Below, in pieces: positions 17,161 to 26,338 of a DNA stretch of 41,409 nt. The notes below the pieces were generated by a model. It saw only the letters and a list, made by a program, of their open reading frames with translations. It did not search any database and was not told the DNA's origin. Source of the DNA: Flavobacteriaceae bacterium (GTDB taxonomy: Bacteria > Bacteroidota > Bacteroidia > Flavobacteriales > Flavobacteriaceae); the NCBI GenBank assembly GCA_024763015.1, contig JANTGO010000001.1:1-41409 (forward strand), in the 5' to 3' direction. Position 1 is the first letter of the stretch. The number at the start of each line of letters is the position of its first letter. A program made the position numbers and the translations under genes.

Positions 17161-19308
17161 ATGTCAATGCACCATAAAATAAATAAATTATTTAAGAAGA
17201 TAGCTTTGGTATTTTTCTTATTTTTTATCTTGCTGTCTGTTCAGGCACAAGATTTTAGTATCCATAAGGTCAAGGAAGGCGAAACACTCAAAGATATTGC
17301 TAAAATTTATATGCTGGCGCCTTCTGATATCCTTAAGTACAATAGTGATATCATAGATGGTAAACTTACAACCGGTCAAAGCATTTTGATTCCTAAAAAA
17401 GCTATCGCTCAAACAGTGACAAATGATACGATAAAGCAGCTTCCCATCAATTTGGGGCAAGATGTTATCGACTACAAATATCATACGGTGGGCGAAAATG
17501 AGACGCTTTTTGGGCTCTCAAAAATGTATAATTCTAAAATAGAAGCTATAACTGCCTTAAATAAAATAGAAGGTTTTGATATAAAATTAGGACAAATATT
17601 GATTATCCCGATTTTTGCGGATAAGAATAAACCTAAAAATATTGACGAACATAAATTTACCTACTACAAAGTCCAACCGAAGCAAGGGAAGTGGCGTGTG
17701 GCTTACGATTACGGCATTACGATAGATGAATTGGAACGCTTAAATCCTGAAATAAAAGATGTTACACTTAAAGCCGGACAGCTTTTGGTCGTTCCTAAAT
17801 TTATAGCTATAAAACAGGATACACTTAATACAAATAAATATAAATATTATGAAGTGTTGCCTCACGAAACGATGTTTAGTTTGGCAAAAAGATTTGGTAT
17901 TTCACAAGAAGAACTAATTCGGTTAAACCCAAGTCTTTCCGAAGGTTTAAAATTTGGACAAACTTTGGTTGTGCCAAAAGGTATTCCTGCGAGCAAACAC
18001 GAAAGTGAGGATGACTGGTACAACACATATGAGGTGCAGGCACATGAGACATTGTTTAGTTTGTCTAAAAGATTTAATATTTCGCAAGATGATTTGCTCA
18101 AATTAAATCCTGAACTAAAAGATGGATTAAAAGCCGGACAAATCCTTAAAATATCCAAGAAAAAAAGTCTTAATCAGGTAAAAGTTACGGATACAATCGC
18201 CTATCAAAAAATTAAATCTATAAATTTACTAGATAGTTTGCGACCGGATGCTCGGTACAAAGTTGCTATTTTGCTGCCATTAAAGTTAAAAAATGCCAAT
18301 CAATCGGATTCGATTAGTCAATGTGAAAAAATTTCCGAAAGCAAAATTTTGGATTATTATTCGGGTATTAAAATGGCCATTGATTCGATAAAACAATTGG
18401 GTATTCAAGTAGATTATGATGTTTACGATACGCAAGGTTCGTCATTTGTAACCGGTAAGATATTGGAAACAACCGATTTGTCGGATTATAATTTCGTGAT
18501 GGGTCCTATTAAAACCGATAATATTGATAAGGTGGCAAAAGTGTTGGAATTAGATAATACGCCGGTTGTGGTCAATAAATATAAAGGAAAGAATAAGTAT
18601 AGGAATATGATTGTAACCTCAAGTCAAAATAATTATTTAGAGCAACATATGATTCATTATTTGAATGAAAAATCTGTTGGAAAAGCTTTGACTATTGTGT
18701 ATGATCCTTCTAAAAAATCGGTGGTTGATACTGTAGCCAAACAACTACAAGTTAAACCCCAGTTGATTGAGGCTAAGGAAACCAAAAAAGGATTTATGAT
18801 TTATGCCGATAAACTAAGCAAGAAAATGGTATCCGGAAAAGAAAATTATGTCATTATCGTTTCCGATGATAATTCCTTTATTTTTTCAGTGCTTTCAATT
18901 CTTAATGCAGTGGCAAATAAACAAAAAATTACCTTATTTACTTTGGAAGATAAGAAACTATACGAAGACAATAGTAACGATAGAATGAATGCTTTTCTAT
19001 CAAATTTGAATTATCATTTTCCGGCAAGAGTTAAAAGAACCATAGATGTCAAAATTGCAAAAAGATTAAAGCAAACCTATAATTTGCCTCCTAGTTTTAT
19101 AGCATTAAACGGATTTGATACTACCTTTGATTTGTTTGTGCGTGCGGCAAATGCCGATAATTTATTTGAGGGAATGCAAAGGATTGGTAAAACAGAACAA
19201 AGTAGCAAGGTTTTTTTATACAAACATACACCACAATCCGGATTTGTTAATCAAGGATCTGTGATACTTCGAATTAATAAAAATCTAGACTTGGTTAAGG
19301 TTGAGTAG
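17161..19308 (+). CDS. Secreted protein with five LysM repeats fused to a periplasmic-binding-protein type I-like domain
   Basis: Signal peptide ending SVQAQ. Five repeats of the form Y.V..GETLF.LSK.....(E/D)L..LN..L...L..GQ.L..P. The C-terminal ~350 aa look like a Leu/Ile/Val-binding-protein fold (weak call). Confidence 0.8.
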   Translation: MSMHHKINKLFKKIALVFFLFFILLSVQAQDFSIHKVKEGETLKDIAKIYMLAPSDILKYNSDIIDGKLTTGQSILIPKKAIAQTVTNDTIKQLPINLGQDVIDYKYHTVGENETLFGLSKMYNSKIEAITALNKIEGFDIKLGQILIIPIFADKNKPKNIDEHKFTYYKVQPKQGKWRVAYDYGITIDELERLNPEIKDVTLKAGQLLVVPKFIAIKQDTLNTNKYKYYEVLPHETMFSLAKRFGISQEELIRLNPSLSEGLKFGQTLVVPKGIPASKHESEDDWYNTYEVQAHETLFSLSKRFNISQDDLLKLNPELKDGLKAGQILKISKKKSLNQVKVTDTIAYQKIKSINLLDSLRPDARYKVAILLPLKLKNANQSDSISQCEKISESKILDYYSGIKMAIDSIKQLGIQVDYDVYDTQGSSFVTGKILETTDLSDYNFVMGPIKTDNIDKVAKVLELDNTPVVVNKYKGKNKYRNMIVTSSQNNYLEQHMIHYLNEKSVGKALTIVYDPSKKSVVDTVAKQLQVKPQLIEAKETKKGFMIYADKLSKKMVSGKENYVIIVSDDNSFIFSVLSILNAVANKQKITLFTLEDKKLYEDNSNDRMNAFLSNLNYHFPARVKRTIDVKIAKRLKQTYNLPPSFIALNGFDTTFDLFVRAANADNLFEGMQRIGKTEQSSKVFLYKHTPQSGFVNQGSVILRINKNLDLVKVE

Positions 19309-19401
19309 GTCGGTGTTCATAATTTGAAAACCTAAATCCAGCTACAAATGGACGCTTAAATTAGATAATAAAAAAATTTTTGATTTAATAAAATAATGTT
19401 G

Positions 19402-19409
19402 TAATTTTG
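19402..19409 (+). promoter_or_regulatory. -7 box TAATTTTG upstream of the T9SS cargo gene
   Basis: 44 nt before ATG 19454. Confidence 0.4.
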
Positions 19410-19453
19410 TCTATTAACCTATGAAGTGTTCTTACTTCAATAAATCTATTGTT

Positions 19454-21508
19454 ATGATTAAAAAAAGTATTTTCTTATTGTTTGTATTGGTTTCGTTTAC
19501 AGGCTTTTCGCAGTTTATAAACAAAGGTGATGTAAAGATTTCCAGTGGCACTACCGTGTATATTAACGGTGTTGATTTTATAAACGACAATGGTACATCG
19601 CATACGTGGGACAATGATGGTCAAATTATTTTTAAAGGAGATAATTTTACCAACAATGGTACAATGTCCGATACGGCTACCGGTTCAACAGAATTTAGCG
19701 GTGCCAATGAACAAAATATAAAGGGAACAAGTATTGCCAATTTTAATGATTTAATTATAAACAATGCTAATAATTCAGTCATTCAATATGAAAAAGATAT
19801 CAAGGCAAAAACTTTGGTTGTGAACGATGGCGCAAAAGATTTTGATTTTAAAGTCAATACTGATTTACCTTTGACAGTTGCCAATGACATTACCTTAAAC
19901 GGTGATTTAAGATTGATAGGCGGTGCACAATTAGTGCAAACACATACAGGTGCTTCATCTGTTTCCGGAGCTAAATATATTTGGCAAGATCAACAGGGAA
20001 CTTCTAATCAATACTATTACAATTATTGGTCGGCGCCGGTAAATCAATCCGGAACTTGGAAAATGGGTTACCTAAAAGACGGTGCTACGGGAAATAATGA
20101 GTTAAAATCGACTTATCCTACCGTAAATATTGCTGTAAATACCAATGCAACCAGTGATATTGATAATGCGGGTGGTTCGCATCCTGTTACTTTGAATGCC
20201 TATTGGGTATTTGCTTTTAAAAACGGAGACGATGGTTCCTATACCGGCTGGTACGACAATCATATTGAACATACAGGAACAGTATTACCCGGTGAAGGTT
20301 ATACTATGAAAGGTCCGGGCGTAGATAAAGACTTAGTTGCGGCAAATGGTAATGCTACAACAGAATACGAAAGTTGGACGTTTAGTGGTACACCCAACGA
20401 CGGAGAATACACATTGACCATTGGAGCTGACAAAGATTACGTGATTGGCAATCCTTATCCGAGTGCTTTGGATGCAGACAAATTTATCGAGGACAATATT
20501 TCTAGTGCCAATGGTGGTAACAATGCTAATGATATCTTTAACGGAACTTTATACTATTGGGAGCATACCGGTGGGAACGATCATTTTGGTGCACACTACC
20601 AAGGAGGATATGCAACTTATACGCTCACAGGAGGCGTTGCCGCTACGGCTTGGAATGGAACAGCTACAGTAGGCACAAAAGAACCACAACAATTTATTCC
20701 GGTAGGACAGGGCTTTTTAGTTTGGGCAGAATCTGGACAAGGTGGAACTATCCAATTTAACAATGCACAAAGAGCATTTGAATTAGAAGGCGCCAATAGT
20801 GTGTTTATGAGACCTGCCAGTTTGACCAATATCAGATTGGGATTTGATACCCCGCAAAATTATCATAGACAATTATTGCTAGGCGTTAGACCCAATACCA
20901 CCAATCAAATAGATGCAGGTTGGGACGGCCCTAATTTTGACGACGATTTTCCCGGTGCCGATGTAAGTTTTTCTATAGCTAACAGAGATTTTATCATTCA
21001 AGCGGTTCCACAGATAGATGAGAATTCAAGATTTCCACTACATGTCAAAGTCAATCAAGATGGATGGGTGTCATTTAAAGTTGATGTTATTGAAAATTTA
21101 CCGGCACAAATAACAAATGTCTATATTGAGGATACCCAAAATCAAATTTCTCATCCCATTACCCAAACGGATAATTATGAAGTATTCTTACAATCCGGTG
21201 ATTATAGCGATAGATTTGTCTTGACTTTTACACCTACTAATGTTACAAATGTTGAGGAAACCATCCTTAGCAATGTAACGGCTTATTATGACAACGAAGA
21301 AAAAGATTTGGTTGTGCTCAATACCAAACAACAAGAAATTAATAGTATTAAATTATACGCCTTAACCGGACAGGAAATTTTGAGTTACAACAAGAAAATA
21401 AGCAAAAGCAAAATTTTGATTCCCGCTAATATTTCTACCGGTGTTTATCTTGTGAGAATAGCTTCTGTTGACAATAAGATTTTCACCAAAAAATTAATGA
21501 TAGAATAA
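19454..21508 (+). CDS. T9SS cargo protein with type A C-terminal sorting domain; passenger of unknown function
   Basis: Signal peptide MIKKSIFLLFVLVSFTGFSQ from ATG 19454; the track start 19421 lies only 11 nt after the -7 box. C-terminal KLYALTGQEIL ... STGVYLVRIASVDNKIFTKKLMIE is a Por/T9SS tail. Confidence 0.75.
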   Translation: MIKKSIFLLFVLVSFTGFSQFINKGDVKISSGTTVYINGVDFINDNGTSHTWDNDGQIIFKGDNFTNNGTMSDTATGSTEFSGANEQNIKGTSIANFNDLIINNANNSVIQYEKDIKAKTLVVNDGAKDFDFKVNTDLPLTVANDITLNGDLRLIGGAQLVQTHTGASSVSGAKYIWQDQQGTSNQYYYNYWSAPVNQSGTWKMGYLKDGATGNNELKSTYPTVNIAVNTNATSDIDNAGGSHPVTLNAYWVFAFKNGDDGSYTGWYDNHIEHTGTVLPGEGYTMKGPGVDKDLVAANGNATTEYESWTFSGTPNDGEYTLTIGADKDYVIGNPYPSALDADKFIEDNISSANGGNNANDIFNGTLYYWEHTGGNDHFGAHYQGGYATYTLTGGVAATAWNGTATVGTKEPQQFIPVGQGFLVWAESGQGGTIQFNNAQRAFELEGANSVFMRPASLTNIRLGFDTPQNYHRQLLLGVRPNTTNQIDAGWDGPNFDDDFPGADVSFSIANRDFIIQAVPQIDENSRFPLHVKVNQDGWVSFKVDVIENLPAQITNVYIEDTQNQISHPITQTDNYEVFLQSGDYSDRFVLTFTPTNVTNVEETILSNVTAYYDNEEKDLVVLNTKQQEINSIKLYALTGQEILSYNKKISKSKILIPANISTGVYLVRIASVDNKIFTKKLMIE

Positions 21509-21570
21509 AAGTTGACTTGACTAGTAATAAATAAGACTTATAGGTCTAAGACAAGAATAATTATAACATA

Positions 21571-21606
21571 AAAAAACCACAGAAAAATATTTTTCTGTGG
21601 TTTTTT
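21571..21606. terminator. Bidirectional rho-independent terminator between convergent T9SS-cargo and cysteine-synthase genes
   Basis: Perfect 24-nt palindrome CCACAGAAAAATATTTTTCTGTGG (21577-21600), flanked by A6 and T6. Confidence 0.8.
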
Positions 21607-21625
21607 AATATATGTTTGTCAAATA

Positions 21626-22666
21626 CTATTTTACGTATTCTGTTTTTCTCTCTTTTTCGGTGCTTAAGAATTTGGTAAACCCTTGTTCAATCATCCATTT
21701 GTCGCTATACATTTTACCCATATATCTCGAACCGTGATCTGGGAAAATAAGAACGACGTGGCTGTTTTCATCAAATATACCTGCTTTGTCATAAAGATGC
21801 GCTGCTTCTAAGGCGGCGCCACTTGTGTAACCGGCAAAAATACCTTCTTGAAGCGCCAATTCACGTGCTTTATAGGCAGCATTTTCATCCGTAACTTTTA
21901 TAAATTGATCGATTAAATCAAAATCAGTAGCTGTGGGAATTAAATTCTTTCCTAAACCTTCAATGCGATAAGAATAAATTTCATTGGTGTCAAAAATGCC
22001 TGTTTCGTGGTATTTTTTTAGGGCAGAACCGTAGGCATCTACACCTAAAATTTGAATTTTCGGGTTCTTTTCTTTTAAATATCTGGCTATACCCGAAATA
22101 GTTCCTCCGGTAGCTGCACAAGCAATGACGTGCGTTACTTTTCCTTCTGTTTGATCCCAAATTTCAACGCCTGAAGAAAAATAATGCGCTTTTATATTCA
22201 GTTCGTTAAAATATTGATTTACATAAAGTGAACCGGGATTTTCTTCATGTAATCTTTGTGCTACAGAGTAGTAAGAACGAGGATCTTCAGCAGCAACTTC
22301 GGTAGGGCACACATAAACTTTGGCACCCAAACTGCGTAGCATATTGATTTTATCATCAGTCGCTTTATCCTTAACGGCTAAAATGACTTTGTATCCGCGA
22401 ACAGCACCAAGCATGGCCAAGCTAAATCCGGTGTTTCCTGAAGTTGTTTCAATAATAGTATCGCCGGGTTGAATAATACCTTCAGCTTCTGCTTTATCAA
22501 TAATATATTTTGCAATTCTGTCTTTTACAGAATCCCCAGGGTTAAAAGATTCGAGTTTTCCATAAAAGTTGCCTTGTAATTCCTTGGTAACTTTGTTAAG
22601 TCTTACCATTGGCGTATCTCCAACTAAATCGAGTACGTTGTTAACAATCTTTGGATTATTTTTCAT
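21626..22666 (-). CDS. PLP-dependent cysteine synthase / cystathionine beta-synthase family enzyme
   Basis: PLP lysine block [26 protein letters not shown]. 346 aa. Confidence 0.8.
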   Translation of the reverse strand: MKNNPKIVNNVLDLVGDTPMVRLNKVTKELQGNFYGKLESFNPGDSVKDRIAKYIIDKAEAEGIIQPGDTIIETTSGNTGFSLAMLGAVRGYKVILAVKDKATDDKINMLRSLGAKVYVCPTEVAAEDPRSYYSVAQRLHEENPGSLYVNQYFNELNIKAHYFSSGVEIWDQTEGKVTHVIACAATGGTISGIARYLKEKNPKIQILGVDAYGSALKKYHETGIFDTNEIYSYRIEGLGKNLIPTATDFDLIDQFIKVTDENAAYKARELALQEGIFAGYTSGAALEAAHLYDKAGIFDENSHVVLIFPDHGSRYMGKMYSDKWMIEQGFTKFLSTEKERKTEYVK

Positions 22667-22715
22667 GAATTAGTATTTCTTCAACATTAATACCTATGTT
22701 GCTTGTTTAGTTCGA

Positions 22716-22723
22716 CAAAAATA
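22716..22723 (-). promoter_or_regulatory. -7 box TATTTTTG upstream of the cysteine-synthase-family gene
   Basis: Reverse complement of CAAAAATA, 49 nt before ATG 22666. Confidence 0.35.
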
Positions 22724-22771
22724 CAAATTTTATATTAAATTTAGGTTTCCTATGTTACAAAACTTAAGGTT

Positions 22772-23701
22772 TTATGCTTTTTGCTTTTTTTTTGTCATTA
22801 AATTTTTTCCTATTATGAGCAGTACAACACCTATTATGGAAAGGATGCCTCCCAAAATTTGAATATTAGAGGGGAATTTTCCAAAATATAAATAACTGCC
22901 AATCAGCACAAAAAGTCCTTTGGTTGAGGATAAAATTGATTTGCGGCTGACTTCTATATATTGAATAGCATACAATCCGACAATAGCTGCCAAGAAAGGT
23001 CCTAAAAATGCGCCCATGACTACATTGGTAAGCGCTTTTTGAGAAATTTGGAAGGGTAAATCTAGATAAATCATCATCAAGAAGGAAAAAAATAACAAGT
23101 AAAATGTCCTATTTAATGATAAAATGATGGGTGAAAATTTTGCTACATTCAATTTCATTAAAATAGAACTTACCGCGAATAAAGTCGTAAAGATTAAAAC
23201 ATATTGACTTCCGTCTATAAAGATTTCGTTTAACTTGATCCACTTGGGATTGTAGCTCAATAAGAAAGCGGCGGATAAGGTGATGATAATACCAATGATT
23301 TCAATTTTATTAAAGCGTTCTTTCAGAATAAAAAAACCGAGAATTAGCACAAACACAGGGCCTAAATTCCCCATAAATGCTACAATACTCGGATTGGGCA
23401 TAGAACGTATGGCTTTAAAGAAAAAGGTAGTAGAACTAACCTCAATTAGGCCAAACAAGAAAAGTAGCATAAAATCTTTTTTCTTAAAACTTTTTATTCT
23501 TCTATATGATTTTTGCTGTATAAATAAGATGAAAATCAGTAGAAATCCTGTTAAAAACCAAAAAAATCCAAATTGGGGTAATTTGAGCTCCTGCAATGCT
23601 GCTTTGCTAAAAATATAAACATTTGACATAGCCAAAATCCCTACAAATGTAAGAATGTAGCCCTTGTATTTATCGGGAAGTCTTTGCCAAAATCGCAACA
23701 T
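22772..23701 (-). CDS. DMT superfamily (EamA-type) transporter
   Basis: About ten hydrophobic helices arranged as two EamA-like halves. 309 aa. Confidence 0.75.
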   Translation of the reverse strand: MLRFWQRLPDKYKGYILTFVGILAMSNVYIFSKAALQELKLPQFGFFWFLTGFLLIFILFIQQKSYRRIKSFKKKDFMLLFLFGLIEVSSTTFFFKAIRSMPNPSIVAFMGNLGPVFVLILGFFILKERFNKIEIIGIIITLSAAFLLSYNPKWIKLNEIFIDGSQYVLIFTTLFAVSSILMKLNVAKFSPIILSLNRTFYLLFFSFLMMIYLDLPFQISQKALTNVVMGAFLGPFLAAIVGLYAIQYIEVSRKSILSSTKGLFVLIGSYLYFGKFPSNIQILGGILSIIGVVLLIIGKNLMTKKKQKA

Positions 23702-23845
23702 ATTTTTCTAGATATCTGTTTGCAAATAAACTGATTATTTTTTGAATAATGATTGATTTTAGTGTTAAATATAATATATTTCTCATGGTATTATATTAAG
23801 GCTAAACATAAAATATTATCTTTGCGTGTTCAAAACAGAAGACTC

Positions 23846-24883
23846 ATGTTAAAAAAAATAAAATATTTCTTGCTTTTACTGATTGTATTCTCAGTCGTAT
23901 TTGTGGGATACTTTATTTCATTAGATTCCAATTTCAAAGTCGAGCGATCACGTTTGATAAAAGCGCCGCAGAATTTGGTTTTTCAACAAGTTGCCGATTT
24001 GCATAACTGGTCAAAATGGGCACCTTGGAAAGAAAAAGATAGTACCATGCAATTTGATTTTTCAGAAAAAACAAATGCAGAGGGTGATTATTTGCGATTT
24101 ACCGATACAAATGGTTTGCGTCAGCAACTGACAAACATTAGCTTACGTCCTGATACATTGATTGTTCAAACTTTGTCTTCCGAAAAACAAAATCAAAATT
24201 TTAAGTGGCAATTGACCCAACAAGAGGATGGCGTATTGGTCAAATGGACCATTCAAGGCGAAGTACCTTTCTTACAAAGAATTTACACCAAACATATGGA
24301 TGATTTGATGGGGCCAACGATTACACGCGGGTTGGAAAGATTGGAACAATCCGTTCGTAAAGATTTGGAAAAAAGATCGGTAAAAATTGATAAAGTGACT
24401 AGTTTAAGCAGCACCTATTACCTTTATAAATCTGTTAGTTGCCGAACAAATGAAGTAGAAAAGGTTAAAGACAAGCTGCTTGCCCAAATATTAAGCATTG
24501 CTTCTGAAAATCATATTCAAACCAATCGAAATCCTTTTACATTATATATTAAATGGGATACGGAAAACCAATCCGCTATTATTTCGGTTTGTTTGCCAAC
24601 CAAAGAAAAAATGCTGCTCAATGCAGATGTTTTAACGGGCGAGACACCCGGAGGAGCATATTTAAAAGTCTTATATCAAGGTGACTACAAGTTTATAAAT
24701 GAAGCTTGGAACCAAGCTAGGAATTATATTCAAAAAGATACCAATTTGGTTGAAGATTTAACGCGTCAGCCAATTGAAGTTTATATCGTTGATAAATCAA
24801 AAAATCTAAATCCGGCAAACTGGTTAACTGAAATTTATGTACCTATTCTTGAGGTGGCACCCCAAAATAATTTACCACAATGA
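23846..24883 (+). CDS. Membrane-anchored SRPBCC-like plus GyrI-like small-molecule-binding protein
   Basis: N-terminal TM (YFLLLLIVFSVVFVGYFI). An SRPBCC-like half (VADLHNWSKWAPW) and a C-terminal GyrI-like half (YQGDYKFINEAW ... PIEVYI). Start moved to ATG 23846. Confidence 0.5.
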   Translation: MLKKIKYFLLLLIVFSVVFVGYFISLDSNFKVERSRLIKAPQNLVFQQVADLHNWSKWAPWKEKDSTMQFDFSEKTNAEGDYLRFTDTNGLRQQLTNISLRPDTLIVQTLSSEKQNQNFKWQLTQQEDGVLVKWTIQGEVPFLQRIYTKHMDDLMGPTITRGLERLEQSVRKDLEKRSVKIDKVTSLSSTYYLYKSVSCRTNEVEKVKDKLLAQILSIASENHIQTNRNPFTLYIKWDTENQSAIISVCLPTKEKMLLNADVLTGETPGGAYLKVLYQGDYKFINEAWNQARNYIQKDTNLVEDLTRQPIEVYIVDKSKNLNPANWLTEIYVPILEVAPQNNLPQ

Positions 24884-25254
24884 TGACAAGGGTTTTACTA
24901 GTATTTTTAGGAGGAGGGCTTGGTAGTGGTTTTAGATATTTAATAAGCTTAGCACTTAACAAAAATGATTTTTTAACACCCTACGGTACTTTTTTTGTTA
25001 ACGTTTTCGGTAGTTTTTTAATTGGTGTGTTGGCGGGATACAATCTAAGAACGCTTAATCTAAATCATTCTTATCAAGCTTTGTTAATAGCCGGATTTTT
25101 AGGCGGTTTTACCACCTTTTCATCCTTTGCTTTTGAGAATTTAATCATGTTGCAAACTGAAAAATATTTCTTGTTTTTCGCCTATTTTGTTTCTTCGCTT
25201 GTCGTTGGTTTGGTGGCGGTTGGCTTTGGTTATTATGTTTCCAGATACATATAA
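24880..25254 (+). CDS. crcB: Fluoride ion channel CrcB/FluC
   Basis: GGGLGSGFRY and GFLGGFTTFSSF blocks, four TM helices, 124 aa. ATGA overlap with the upstream gene. Confidence 0.85.
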   Translation: MMTRVLLVFLGGGLGSGFRYLISLALNKNDFLTPYGTFFVNVFGSFLIGVLAGYNLRTLNLNHSYQALLIAGFLGGFTTFSSFAFENLIMLQTEKYFLFFAYFVSSLVVGLVAVGFGYYVSRYI

Positions 25255-25631
25255 ACCATTCAAGTTTCGCACCTCTTAATTCCTTGGATTTATTAGAAGT
25301 TTAAAATCTAACCATAAAAGGCATAAAAGAAAATAAAAACCTAACAAACTTATATGAATTTTTAATACTTTTATATTTCAAAAAAAATGAAAAGACATAA
25401 AAATAACAATGTAATATATTGATTGTTAATGTTTTGTAAAATATCTTTAAATTTATGCAGGATTTAAAAACGACTCCAATATGCCAATTGTTTGTAAATT
25501 TGAATCTTAATTGTATATGCGAGACTTACGTAAATTAGTCTTAATTCGTTCTTGAATTATTTTTGCTGATTTTGTTTCTGAATTACCATTATTTAGCTTT
25601 TTTGTCTCGTCAAAAACTTAAAAAAATGATG

Positions 25632-25639
25632 TACATTTG
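25632..25639 (+). promoter_or_regulatory. -7 box TACATTTG upstream of the LolD-like ATPase gene
   Basis: 21 nt before ATG 25661. A second match, TAAATTTG at 25495-25502, lies further upstream. Confidence 0.4.
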
Positions 25640-25660
25640 TGGCAGTTAACAAGTTTTTAC

Positions 25661-26332
25661 ATGATACAGGCAAAAATTCTACATAAAAAATACGGCGATC
25701 TGCATGTGCTTAAAGGGGTCGATCTCGAAATAAAAAAAGCAGAAGTCGTTGCTATTGTAGGTCCTTCCGGTGCCGGAAAAACTACTTTATTACAATTAAT
25801 CGGAACTTTGGATCGTCCTAGCAATAAAGATTATAAACTGGTCATTAATGGTATCAATCTTGCCAAGCTTTCCGACAGAGAATTATCCAAATTTAGAAAC
25901 AAGCAAATAGGATTTGTTTTTCAGTTTCATCAATTATTACCCGAATTTACCGCTTTAGAAAATGTGGCTATTCCGGCTTATATCGCAGGTGTTTCTAAGC
26001 AGCAAGCTGATAAACGTGCAGAAGAATTGTTGGTCTTGTTGGGTTTGGAAGATCGAATGTTTCATAAACCCGCCAAGCTATCGGGTGGTGAGCAGCAACG
26101 CGTAGCTGTGGCTCGTGCTTTGGTAAACCGGCCGGCTGTCATTATGGCTGATGAGCCCAGTGGCAATCTGGACACCGAGAGTGCCAAGCAGTTACATCAT
26201 TTGTTTTTTGATTTAAGAGACCGTTTTGGACAGACTTTTGTCATCGTAACGCATAATGAGGCACTTGCAGCCATGTCTGACCGTAAATTGTTAATGCGAG
26301 ATGGTTTAATTATCAATCAACCTGAAGATTAG
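25661..26332 (+). CDS. ABC transporter ATP-binding protein, LolD/MacB/FtsE-like
   Basis: Walker [10 protein letters not shown], signature LSGGEQQR, Walker [12 protein letters not shown], and [16 protein letters not shown] typical of the LolD clade. Start moved to ATG 25661. Confidence 0.8.
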   Translation: MIQAKILHKKYGDLHVLKGVDLEIKKAEVVAIVGPSGAGKTTLLQLIGTLDRPSNKDYKLVINGINLAKLSDRELSKFRNKQIGFVFQFHQLLPEFTALENVAIPAYIAGVSKQQADKRAEELLVLLGLEDRMFHKPAKLSGGEQQRVAVARALVNRPAVIMADEPSGNLDTESAKQLHHLFFDLRDRFGQTFVIVTHNEALAAMSDRKLLMRDGLIINQPED

Positions 26333-26338
26333 TCTTTT

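Noticed and set aside
23702-23845. Search for a fluoride (crcB-motif) riboswitch ahead of the SRPBCC-crcB pair.
   Set aside because: The region is almost pure A/T and lacks the GC-rich pseudoknot segments and the CUGAUG...CUAC-type core. It needs a covariance-model scan to be certain.
25455-25538. 27-codon ORF (MQDLKTTPICQLFVNLNLNCICETYVN) in the long intergenic gap.
   Set aside because: There is no supporting signal beyond an ATG, and its length is compatible with chance. It is kept only as a possibility under the intergenic-gap finding.
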